DNA of 64,000 nt from Clostridia bacterium (lineage in GTDB: Bacteria > Bacillota > Clostridia > Oscillospirales > CAG-272): assembly GCA_017503865.1 (NCBI GenBank), contig JAFVSI010000015.1, positions 7,175-71,174 of the forward strand, given 5' to 3'. The number at the start of each line of letters is the position of its first letter. Position 1 is the first letter of the stretch. Both the position numbers and the translations under genes were made by a program. Below, one piece after another: positions 48,596 through 56,945 of this stretch. The notes beneath the pieces are model-generated. The model was given only the letters and a program-made list of their open reading frames with translations. It was not told the origin of the DNA and ran no database searches.

Positions 48596-49653
48596 TAGTT
48601 TTCTCCTTCCATCATTTTGATAAATCTGTCATAGAGGAAAAGTGTTCCTCTCGCACCCTCCCAGTTATCTGGAAGGAACTGAACGGAAAACGCACCAAAC
48701 TCGGGGTAATCTATTCCCTCACAACTCTTATCGTTGACGTTTATAAAGCTTACCACTCCGTGATTTGTGCTGTCAGAAGCAACAGCAAATCCGTGATTTT
48801 GTGCTGTTATAAACGTTCTTGTTCCATCTGTTTCACGTACAGGCTGATTTGAGCCTCTGTGACCGTATTTGAGCTTATATGTCATACCTCCGTCAGCAAG
48901 AGCCAAAAGCTCGTGACCGAGACCAATTGCAAATATAGGCTTCTTACCGAGAAGTGCCTTTACCTCTTCAATATAGAAAACGTTTTCAGAGGGATCTCCG
49001 GGTCCGTTTGAAAGAAGAATTCCATCGGGCTCGGTTGCAAGAATTTCATCAGCGGTAAAAGTTGCAGGAACTACTGTAACTGCACAGCCCTTAGCCTGAA
49101 GCGACTTAATAGCATCGCTTACAGAGCCATAGTTTACAACTGTAACGTTCAGCTTTTCGTCTCCTTCAGCAAACTTCTGAGTTTGGGCACTTGTTACCGA
49201 TGCAACTGCATCAACGATTTTAAAATTCTTGATTTCCTCAAAATCCTTAGGGATCTCACTGCAGATACAAGCATTCATAGTTCCGTTTTCACGGAGTATC
49301 TTTGTTATTTGTCTTGTATCAACTCCGCAAATTCCGGGAATGTTGTTGTTTTTAAGGAAGGTGTCAAGATCGTACTGACTTCTGAAATTTGAAGGCTTTT
49401 CACAGTATTCACGCACCACATATCCGCCAAGTGCACACTTTCCAACGAAATCCTCTTCAATAACTCCGTAATTTCCTATCATAGGAAACGTCTGCATAAC
49501 TATTTGTCCGTAGTATGCGGGGTCTGTAAGAGTTTCAATGTAACCAACTGCCTGTGTGTTAAAAACGAGCTCGCCGATTCCCTTGCACTCTGCACCAAAG
49601 GAATAACCTTCAAATACGTGTCCGTCTTCAAGTATTAAATAAGCTTTTTTCAT
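48595..49653 (-). CDS. carA: Carbamoyl-phosphate synthase small subunit with a degenerate glutaminase active site
   Basis: 352 aa. Conserved CarA blocks present (LLSNGPGDP, ITAQNHGFAV). The nucleophile motif reads AIGLGHE instead of GICLGHQ. The HPE motif reads FLPD. TAATG overlap with carB. Confidence 0.9.
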   Translation of the reverse strand: MKKAYLILEDGHVFEGYSFGAECKGIGELVFNTQAVGYIETLTDPAYYGQIVMQTFPMIGNYGVIEEDFVGKCALGGYVVREYCEKPSNFRSQYDLDTFLKNNNIPGICGVDTRQITKILRENGTMNACICSEIPKDFEEIKNFKIVDAVASVTSAQTQKFAEGDEKLNVTVVNYGSVSDAIKSLQAKGCAVTVVPATFTADEILATEPDGILLSNGPGDPSENVFYIEEVKALLGKKPIFAIGLGHELLALADGGMTYKLKYGHRGSNQPVRETDGTRTFITAQNHGFAVASDSTNHGVVSFINVNDKSCEGIDYPEFGAFSVQFLPDNWEGARGTLFLYDRFIKMMEGEN

Positions 49654-49672
49654 ATTAACTCTTTCACCTCAC

Positions 49673-50575
49673 TTATGCAAGACATTTAACAAGTACAGCC
49701 TTTTGAGCGTGGAGACGGTTTTCCGCCTCGTCAAAGATTTCTGCAGCGTGCTCTTCGAACACCTCAGCAGTTATCTCCTCTTCTCTATGTGCGGGCAAGC
49801 AGTGGAGCACCATAGCATCCTTTGCCGCAACGTTCATAACGTCACGGTTTATCTGATAGCCCTTGAATATTTCACGACGCATAGCAGCCTCATCCTCTTG
49901 TCCCATAGACGCCCATACGTCCGTGTAAAGAACGTCTGCATCCTTTGCAGCCTCAAGAACGTTATCGGTACAAGTAAATCTACCGGTTGCCTCTGCCCAT
50001 TTCATTATTTCAGCATCGGGAGCATAGTCCTTAGGACAAGCCACCGAAACTGTCATTCCCATCTTTATTCCGCCAACTATAAGCGAGTTTGTCATATTAT
50101 TACCATCGCCAATATAGCAAAGCTTCTTTCCGCTTATCTCTCCCTTATACTCTCTGATAGTCATAAGGTCAGCAAGTACCTGACAAGGGTGACAGTAATC
50201 TGTCAAACCGTTGATAACGGGTATCTGTCCGCAAGAAGCAAGGGACTCGACCTCTTCCTGAGCAAAAGTTCTTATCATAATACCGTCAAGGTAACGGGAA
50301 AGAACTCTCGCGGTATCCTGCACGGGCTCACCTCTACCTATCTGAAGGTCTCTTGAACTAAGAAAGAGTGCCGCTCCACCAAGGTCGTACATTCCGACTT
50401 CAAAGGATACACGCGTTCTTGTCGAGGATTTTTCAAATATCATTCCAAGCGTCTTACCCTTAAGAATGTGGTGCGTTATACCGTTTTTCTTCTCATATTT
50501 GAGCTTATCTGCGGTATCAAGTATCTCATCGATCTCCTCTTTGGAAAGATCCATAAGCTTTAACAAATGCTTCAT
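49673..50575 (-). CDS. argF: Ornithine carbamoyltransferase
   Basis: STRTRVSFE, HPCQVLAD, DVWASMG and HCLPA motifs. Confidence 0.95.
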   Translation of the reverse strand: MKHLLKLMDLSKEEIDEILDTADKLKYEKKNGITHHILKGKTLGMIFEKSSTRTRVSFEVGMYDLGGAALFLSSRDLQIGRGEPVQDTARVLSRYLDGIMIRTFAQEEVESLASCGQIPVINGLTDYCHPCQVLADLMTIREYKGEISGKKLCYIGDGNNMTNSLIVGGIKMGMTVSVACPKDYAPDAEIMKWAEATGRFTCTDNVLEAAKDADVLYTDVWASMGQEDEAAMRREIFKGYQINRDVMNVAAKDAMVLHCLPAHREEEITAEVFEEHAAEIFDEAENRLHAQKAVLVKCLA

Positions 50576-50605
50576 TTCGCAAGTATCTCCTTCAATATTT
50601 TCTAT

Positions 50606-51979
50606 TCAATTTAATTCGTTTCTTATGTAAGCAACCTGTGCCTCAACCGATTCTACCGAAGTACCCCCCTCGGAAATTCTCTTTGAAACACACGTTTCGA
50701 GAGAGATCTCACCGTAAAGATCTTCCTCAAAGAGTTCACTGTGCTCTCTATATTTGTCAAGTGAAAGCTCGTCAAGAACACAGTTCTCTGAAATACACTG
50801 TGCAACTATCTGTCCGACTATCTTATACGCGCTTCTGAAGGGCATTCCCTTCTTTGCAAGATAATCCGCAAGGTCGGTAGCATTTATAAATCCGCCCTGA
50901 GCGGCACGGTACATATTGTCAGCCTTGACCTTCATGGTCCTTACCATAGGACAAAATACCTTGAGGCACATAATAACAGTATCGACCGAGTCGAATATTG
51001 CCTCTTTATCTTCTTGCATATCCTTGTTGTAGGCAAGGGGTAAACCCTTAAGTGCGACAAGAAGTGCTATAAGATCACCGTATACTCTTCCCGTTTTGCC
51101 TCGCACAAGCTCTGCCATATCCGAATTCTTCTTTTGAGGCATTATAGAAGAACCTGTTGTATATGAATCATCAAGCTCTACAAACTTGAATTCCCAGCTT
51201 GACCAAAGGATTATTTCCTCGGAAAACCTTGAAAGATGCATCATAAGGATTGAAAATGCACTCATAAGCTCAAGACAAAAATCCCTGTCAGAAACTCCGT
51301 CAATGCTATTCATACAAATTCCGTCAAAGGAAAGCTTTTCGGCAACCATTCTTCTGTCGGTATTATAAGTTGTACCCGCAAGTGCACAAGAGCCGAGAGG
51401 TGAGTAATTCATACGTGCAACCGCGTCCTTGATTCTCGAGACGTCACGCGAAAGCATCATAGCATAAGCCATAAGCTGATGACCGAAGGTGATAGGTTGT
51501 GCCCTTTGAAGATGCGTATATCCGGGCATGATGACCGTCTTGTTCTCTTCAGCTTTATCAGCCACTGTAAGAGCGAGCTCCTTTATAAGCTCAACTATTT
51601 CCTCGCATTTGTCTCTAAGATAAAGTCTTATGTCGAGGGCAACCTGGTCGTTTCTGCTGCGAGCTGTATGGAGCTTTTTACCTGTGTCTCCAATACGTTT
51701 TGTAAGCTCGCTTTCAACGAACATATGAATATCCTCAGCAGCCATATCTATTTCAAGTTTTCCACTGTTGATATCGTCAAGTATGGACGTAAGTCCGTCA
51801 ATTATTTCGGCAAGATCGCTTTCTGTAATGATACCCTGTTTTGCAAGCATCGAAGCGTGTGCAATAGAGCCTTTTATGTCCTGAGCATACATTCTGCTGT
51901 CAAAATGTATCGACGAATTGAAATCGTCAGCAAAGCTGTCAAGCTCTTTTAGAAACCTTCCCGACCACATTTTTTCCAT
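50606..51979 (-). CDS. argH: Argininosuccinate lyase
   Basis: 457 aa. Fumarate-lyase signature GSSIMPQKKN. MWSGRF N-terminus. Confidence 0.96.
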   Translation of the reverse strand: MEKMWSGRFLKELDSFADDFNSSIHFDSRMYAQDIKGSIAHASMLAKQGIITESDLAEIIDGLTSILDDINSGKLEIDMAAEDIHMFVESELTKRIGDTGKKLHTARSRNDQVALDIRLYLRDKCEEIVELIKELALTVADKAEENKTVIMPGYTHLQRAQPITFGHQLMAYAMMLSRDVSRIKDAVARMNYSPLGSCALAGTTYNTDRRMVAEKLSFDGICMNSIDGVSDRDFCLELMSAFSILMMHLSRFSEEIILWSSWEFKFVELDDSYTTGSSIMPQKKNSDMAELVRGKTGRVYGDLIALLVALKGLPLAYNKDMQEDKEAIFDSVDTVIMCLKVFCPMVRTMKVKADNMYRAAQGGFINATDLADYLAKKGMPFRSAYKIVGQIVAQCISENCVLDELSLDKYREHSELFEEDLYGEISLETCVSKRISEGGTSVESVEAQVAYIRNELN

Positions 51980-52042
51980 AGTTATTTATACACAGTTTGC
52001 CCACCACAAATATTGCGGTAGGCAAACTTCTCCTTATAGGGA

Positions 52043-53278
52043 TTACTTTTGTTTATTTTTATTAGCCTGATTTACCTGAGCCTGAACCTTTATAGGAAGT
52101 CCAAACAAATTGATAAATCCTGTTGCATCAGCTTGGTTGTAAACGTGATCCTCACCGAAGGTAGCTATCTCTTCGGAATAAAGTGAGTAATCACTCCAAG
52201 CACCTGCCTTGATCATATTACCCTTGTAAAGCTTAATACGAACCTTACCGGTAACGTTCTCCTGAGTCTTTTCAACAAATGCCGAAAGAGCCTCACGAAG
52301 AGGTGTGAACCACTGACCGTTATAAACGAGGTCAGCAAATGTTACGCTAAGCTCGTCCTTCTTGTGAGCTGTATACTTATCAAGACAAAGAGTCTCAAGA
52401 TAGTTATGTGCGAAGTAAAGTATAGCTCCGCCGGGAGTCTCGTAAACTCCGCGACACTTCATACCGACAAGACGGTTCTCAACTATATCAAGAAGTCCTA
52501 TACCGTTTGCTCCACCGACCTTGTTAAGCTCAAGAATAATGTCCTTTGCACTCATCTTCTGATCGTTAAACGCAACGGGACGTCCTTTTTCAAACTCAAG
52601 GGTTATATAGGTGGGAACGTCGGGAGCATCAATAGGAGAAACACCCATCTCAAGAAAACCGGGCTTTTCGTAAAGAGGCTCGTTTCCTGCATCCTCAAGA
52701 TCAAGTCCCTCGTGACTGAGATGCCACATATTTTTATCCTTTGAGTAGTTAGTCTCACGGTTTATCTTAAGAGGAACGTTGTGTGCCTCAGCATATTCGA
52801 TCTCTTCCTCACGGGATTTGATATCCCACTCACGCCAAGGAGCGATAATAGGCATATCGGGAGCAAATGCCTTAATAGTAAGCTCGAAACGAACTTGGTC
52901 GTTACCCTTACCTGTACAACCGTGACAAATTGCGTCAGCACCCTCAGCCTCAGCAATCTCAACGATACGCTTTGCGATTACAGGACGTGCAAAGGAAGTA
53001 CCGAGAAGATACTCCTCGTATTTAGCACCTGCCATTACGGTAGGAATAATATAATCGTCAACGAACTCGTTAGTAAGGTCCTCTATGTAACACTTTGAAG
53101 CACCGGTCTTGATAGCCTTCTCTTCAAGTCCCTCAAGCTCGTCGCTCTGACCAACGTTACCGCTTACAGCGATAACCTCACAATTGTTGTAATTCTCCTT
53201 GAGCCACGGAATAATAATGGACGTATCAAGTCCGCCCGAGTACGCAAGAACAACTTTTTTGATATCTTTCTTTTCCAT
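52043..53278 (-). CDS. argG: Argininosuccinate synthase
   Basis: [12 protein letters not shown]-binding motif. Start moved to ATG 53278 (MEKKDIKK), behind a GAGAGGTG RBS. The ORF-track start at 53308 lies inside the operator. Confidence 0.95.
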   Translation of the reverse strand: MEKKDIKKVVLAYSGGLDTSIIIPWLKENYNNCEVIAVSGNVGQSDELEGLEEKAIKTGASKCYIEDLTNEFVDDYIIPTVMAGAKYEEYLLGTSFARPVIAKRIVEIAEAEGADAICHGCTGKGNDQVRFELTIKAFAPDMPIIAPWREWDIKSREEEIEYAEAHNVPLKINRETNYSKDKNMWHLSHEGLDLEDAGNEPLYEKPGFLEMGVSPIDAPDVPTYITLEFEKGRPVAFNDQKMSAKDIILELNKVGGANGIGLLDIVENRLVGMKCRGVYETPGGAILYFAHNYLETLCLDKYTAHKKDELSVTFADLVYNGQWFTPLREALSAFVEKTQENVTGKVRIKLYKGNMIKAGAWSDYSLYSEEIATFGEDHVYNQADATGFINLFGLPIKVQAQVNQANKNKQK

Positions 53279-53293
53279 TTTTAACACCTCTCG

Positions 53294-53328
53294 TGAATAT
53301 ATATTCAAATTACGTGAATATTATACAT
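53294..53328. promoter_or_regulatory. Tandem ARG boxes (ArgR/AhrC operator)
   Basis: Perfect palindrome TGAATATATATTCA (53294..53307) and a second, weaker box TGAATATTATACAT (53315..53328), 21 bp apart. Matches the TGAAT-W4-ATTCA core. Confidence 0.7.
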
Positions 53329-53348
53329 CTTATACATTGATTTGTCAA
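53320..53348 (-). promoter_or_regulatory. Consensus promoter of the arg operon
   Basis: Minus strand TTGACA (53343..53348), 17-nt spacer, TATAAT (53320..53325). The -10 box is overlapped by ARG box 2. Confidence 0.7.
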
Positions 53349-53645
53349 TGCTTTAAACAACAAAAATATTATAAATATTTAACGTTTTAATGTCACAATT
53401 GCACAAAGCACCAATGGGTTTCAACTTCACTAAAGAGATTATGCAAAAAACCGCGAATAAATATTTATAAATATTCATAATTTTGGACAAAACAAAGACT
53501 CTATCAACGCCCATAAATCCAAAATATATTATACTTCTTTTTTACTAAAATTGCAATAGTATTGTGATATTTTTTTACGATTATTATATTGAAAATCTAT
53601 TTTTTTCCTTTACGTATTTTAAAATTTATATTTTTGATAAAAATA

Positions 53646-53674
53646 GTGACACAAGTATTATTTTGTGGTATAAT
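53646..53674 (+). promoter_or_regulatory. Promoter of ribF
   Basis: GTGACA (53646..53651), 17-nt spacer, TATAAT (53669..53674) with upstream TGTGG. Confidence 0.5.
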
Positions 53675-53702
53675 ATACAAAAACTTTGAAAGGAGAACGG
53701 AA

Positions 53703-54638
53703 GTGATCGTATCAACCGAACTGAACTACACACAAAGAGAACCTTGCGTTGTTGCTCTTGGTTGCTTTGACGGTGTGCATTTAGGACACACCGCTGTTAT
53801 AAATCAAGCAAAAGAAAAGGCTGATTCGCTTAACGTTCCCCTCTGTATTTGGAGCTTTGCAGAGCCCCCAAAGCGTTTTTATGCAAAAGAAACCGTCCAT
53901 CTTCTTTCAAGTGCAAAGTCAAAGGCAGAAATTATCGAAATGCTCGGTGCTGACGTTTATATATCTGTAAAATTCAATGCGAATATTGCCGCTGTCACAG
54001 CAGAAGATTTTTTTAATAATATTTTAATTAAAAACCTGAATTGTGTGGCTGTTGTGTGCGGATATAATTTCACCTTTGGAAAGGGCGGTTGCGGCAACGC
54101 AGAGCTTCTATCCTTCCTTTGCAAGAGCTATGGTATTGATTTCATTCCCGTACAGTCTGTAAACGTTGACGGTGAAGCTGTCAGCTCCTCAAGAATCAGG
54201 GGTTATATTCTTAACGCAGAAATTGAAAGAGCCAACAAGCTTTTAGGCAGACCGTATTCAATCGTGGCAGAGATCATAGACGGGAAACATCTTGGACGCA
54301 ATCTCGGCTTCCCCACCATCAATCAAAGAATTGACGAGAACCTTTGTAAGCCCGCAAACGGAGTTTATCTTACGAGAGTAACCTTAGATGACGCTTGCTA
54401 CTTCGGTATAACAAACGTAGGCACTCAACCAACGGTGTGCGGTCGTGACATTGTAGTTGAAACTAATATTTTTGATATTTCTGCCAACCTTTACGGCAAG
54501 GAAGCTACCGTTGAATTTCTGAAATTCATTCGTCCCGAGCGAAAATTCAACACTATTGATGAATTAAAGACACAAGTAAATAGGGATATAGCAACAGCAA
54601 AAGCTATGGCTGCTGAATATAAAAAGAGCACAGAATAA
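53703..54638 (+). CDS. ribF: Bifunctional riboflavin kinase / FMN adenylyltransferase
   Basis: ALGCFDGVHLGH nucleotidyltransferase motif. C-terminal kinase domain (GFPTIN, GVYLT, E.NIFD). GTG 53703 follows an AAAGGAGAA RBS. The upstream part of the ORF is AT-rich nonsense. Confidence 0.93.
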   Translation: MIVSTELNYTQREPCVVALGCFDGVHLGHTAVINQAKEKADSLNVPLCIWSFAEPPKRFYAKETVHLLSSAKSKAEIIEMLGADVYISVKFNANIAAVTAEDFFNNILIKNLNCVAVVCGYNFTFGKGGCGNAELLSFLCKSYGIDFIPVQSVNVDGEAVSSSRIRGYILNAEIERANKLLGRPYSIVAEIIDGKHLGRNLGFPTINQRIDENLCKPANGVYLTRVTLDDACYFGITNVGTQPTVCGRDIVVETNIFDISANLYGKEATVEFLKFIRPERKFNTIDELKTQVNRDIATAKAMAAEYKKSTE

Positions 54639-54656
54639 ATCTCTGTGCTCTTTTTT
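54621..54656. terminator. Terminator overlapping the ribF stop
   Basis: aaaaagagcacag / ctgtgctcttttt stem. Confidence 0.8.
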
Positions 54657-54658
54657 GA

Positions 54659-54961
54659 TTATGCAAGTGCGTGCTCAAGCCAAACGACACCAATGCTGAA
54701 AGCATCGTAAAGACCTTCCTTAGCTCCCTGCTTTATGATCTTGTTAGGATCTTTAGAATCAATGACCTGAACGAATATCTTGTCAGGTACCTGATTACCG
54801 CCTTCTTCCTTATACGACATTATCTCGAGAATGAGAATACATTTTTCCGTCTTATCTCCATAGCAAATGGTATTTCCCTCACGCACAAGCGGTCTGTCCT
54901 TGTACATAAGATATTTGCCTTCAACCAAATTAGTTATATCTGCCACAACTCGTACCTCCAT
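54659..54961 (-). CDS. Hypothetical small protein (95-100 aa)
   Basis: Protein-like composition, unlike its plus-strand mirror ORF. GGAGGT sits at codons 1-3, so GTG 54946 is an alternative start. No family recognised. Confidence 0.5.
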   Translation of the reverse strand: MEVRVVADITNLVEGKYLMYKDRPLVREGNTICYGDKTEKCILILEIMSYKEEGGNQVPDKIFVQVIDSKDPNKIIKQGAKEGLYDAFSIGVVWLEHALA

Positions 54962-55015
54962 ATATTTTCATAAGTATTATAAAACAAAAACAGTAAATTG
55001 TCAAGAACTTCAAGC

Positions 55016-56824
55016 TCAGGAAAGATATTTTCTAAGTGCTTCAATAAGCTTGTCATTGTCTTCGGTATTTCTAATTGCAATTCGCATAAATTCTTTACCG
55101 CTACCGCCAAGCTTTTGAGTAAGATCCTTGACAAGAATATCATCGTTAATGAGAAGATTTTTTGTTAACTCCTCAGCACTTATTCCGCAAAGCTCTATAA
55201 GAAGATAGTTAGCTTCGGACGGAAAAACGCGTATTGATTTAAACGATGACAAAAGTTCTACGAAGCGACGTCGCTCTTCCTTAAATTTCTTTAGAGCCAA
55301 GACGTAGTCGCTCTTATATTTTTCAGCAATCTGCATATAGAATTCACCGAAGGAATTTATATTCCAAATTGCAACGTCACGCTTAATGTCAGCAATCAGC
55401 TTTGCATCACCCGATGCAAGAACACCGAGACGAAGTCCCGGAACTCCGTATGACTTCGAGATGCTCTTAACAACAACAAGGTGAGGATTTTTCGCAAGTA
55501 TATTGCTATCAATAAGAGTAGAATTTTCTTCGGAAAAATCAACGAAGGACTCGTCGATAATGAGCTTGATTCCCATTTCTGCAGCCCAATCGATAAGTCG
55601 AAGAACATCAGCTCTCGGTATGTAGTTGCCCGTAGGATTGTCGGGATTTACAATTACAAGATTTGATACGTCCTTGTCACAAAAATAGGAAATAACGTCA
55701 TCAGCGTTATAGCGGAATCCATCTGTTTCGGGCATCATAACAACGCTTTCTTCCTTCAAAAAGCGGTTAGGATACTCCTCAAAGGTCGGACGGATAAAGC
55801 CTGTCTTGCCCACAAGCGACTCCATCATTGCTTTTATAAGCTCAGCCGCACCGTTGCCAACGACAATCTCCTCAGGCTGAACGCCAAAATTCTTAGCCGC
55901 AAGCAAGGAATTGACTCTCATCCCCGAAGGATATTCACAAAGAAGAGTCTCAAAGCTGTTCTTTATCTCCCCTATCATTCTCTTAGGCGGATAATAGGGA
56001 TTTACAAGATAGCAAAAATCGATAAGCTTGGGGTAACGCCAATAACCGCCAAAACGTGACTGAAGAAGCTTCACCTTCTCGTGAGGGTCTGTCGTAAACA
56101 TTGAGGACGCAATATCAAGGTCCTGAACGTCATCTATCTCATACCACTTGTGAGAGGAAAGTCGCTTTGCACGTATCTCGGTTTCGTCAAGCATAGTGAT
56201 AACACGAAGCACCTGCTCATAATACTCGTTATTGCCAAGTGCACTCGAATATGCCTTAAGGAAGGGCACGTAGCAATTCTTCGAGAAATTTTTGCTGAAC
56301 TTATATATGTTTACAGTCTTATAGTACTCGTCAACCTCGTCATAATCGAGTTTTTTGCCCGATATAAAGGCATCTATAGTATCGTCAGCTGAAATTTTTA
56401 CGCAAGTACCGTCCATCCAAGCCTCATACTTGTCAACAAGGGCGAGAGTGGGGCGAGGATCTGAAACAAGCTCTTCAATTACTCCGTCCTCAAAGATAAG
56501 GTCGGACTCAAAGAGAAGAGTGTCGTCCTCGCAAAGATAATCACTTGCAAGATAAAGCGAGTATATATTATTGGTCTTATCGTAAATGGGATTTTCAACG
56601 TAAACGATAGGAGTTTTAACGTCAAGCGTTGAAATATAATCAATAAGGTGCTGGGAACGGTATCCGACAACAATTACGATTTTGTCAAGATTTTGCTTGT
56701 CAAGCTGAGAGAGCATACGCTCGATAAGCGTAACCCCGTTGACTTTGACCATACATTTAGTATTGTCTCGGGTAAACTCTTTAAGACGCTTACCCATCCC
56801 CGCTGCCAAAATAATTGCGTTCAT
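55016..56824 (-). CDS. Fusion of LicC-like nucleotidyl(cytidylyl)transferase and class I/II PLP aminotransferase/decarboxylase (HisC/CobD-like)
   Basis: N-terminal 235 aa: AIILAAGMGKRL, NNIYSLYLA, WYEIDDVQDL (compare pneumococcal LicC). C-terminal 360 aa: DFCYLVNPYYPP, VNPDNPTGNY, SISKSYGVPGLRLG (PLP lysine). Confidence 0.85.
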   Translation of the reverse strand: MNAIILAAGMGKRLKEFTRDNTKCMVKVNGVTLIERMLSQLDKQNLDKIVIVVGYRSQHLIDYISTLDVKTPIVYVENPIYDKTNNIYSLYLASDYLCEDDTLLFESDLIFEDGVIEELVSDPRPTLALVDKYEAWMDGTCVKISADDTIDAFISGKKLDYDEVDEYYKTVNIYKFSKNFSKNCYVPFLKAYSSALGNNEYYEQVLRVITMLDETEIRAKRLSSHKWYEIDDVQDLDIASSMFTTDPHEKVKLLQSRFGGYWRYPKLIDFCYLVNPYYPPKRMIGEIKNSFETLLCEYPSGMRVNSLLAAKNFGVQPEEIVVGNGAAELIKAMMESLVGKTGFIRPTFEEYPNRFLKEESVVMMPETDGFRYNADDVISYFCDKDVSNLVIVNPDNPTGNYIPRADVLRLIDWAAEMGIKLIIDESFVDFSEENSTLIDSNILAKNPHLVVVKSISKSYGVPGLRLGVLASGDAKLIADIKRDVAIWNINSFGEFYMQIAEKYKSDYVLALKKFKEERRRFVELLSSFKSIRVFPSEANYLLIELCGISAEELTKNLLINDDILVKDLTQKLGGSGKEFMRIAIRNTEDNDKLIEALRKYLS

Positions 56825-56880
56825 TTATCAATTTCCTTGTCTTTTAATAAAATTTCGTTTAGACATAGTTATACTTTTAA

Positions 56881-56909
56881 AGTATAGCACAATATTTAGC
56901 ATTTGTCAA
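56881..56909 (-). promoter_or_regulatory. Promoter of the LicC-aminotransferase fusion gene
   Basis: Minus strand TTGACA (56904..56909), 17-nt spacer, TATACT (56881..56886). A 7-1-7 palindrome ATACTTT-T-AAAGTAT (56871..56885) overlaps the -10. Confidence 0.55.
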
Positions 56910-56910
56910 T

Positions 56911-56944
56911 AAAAAAGGAGACGTTCAAAATCGTCTCCTTTTTT
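56911..56944 (-). terminator. Terminator after ddh
   Basis: aaaaaaggagacg / cgtctcctttttt stem. Confidence 0.85.
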
Positions 56945-56945
56945 A

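Noticed and set aside
49703-50356. 217-aa plus-strand ORF antisense to argF (likewise 51479..51952 in argH, 52364..52744 in argG, and 57030..57548 in ddh)
   Set aside because: Antisense to enzymes with all catalytic motifs intact. The composition is not protein-like.
51980-52042. Stem-loop gtttgcc...ggcaaac between argG and argH as an internal terminator
   Set aside because: No U-tract follows on the minus strand and the genes are clearly one pathway operon. It is more likely an intercistronic stabilising structure. Evidence is insufficient to call a feature.
53589-53702. N-terminal extension of ribF in the ORF track (MKIYFFPLRILKF...)
   Set aside because: AT-rich sequence containing the ribF promoter. 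The conserved protein starts at GTG 53703, behind an AAAGGAGAA RBS.
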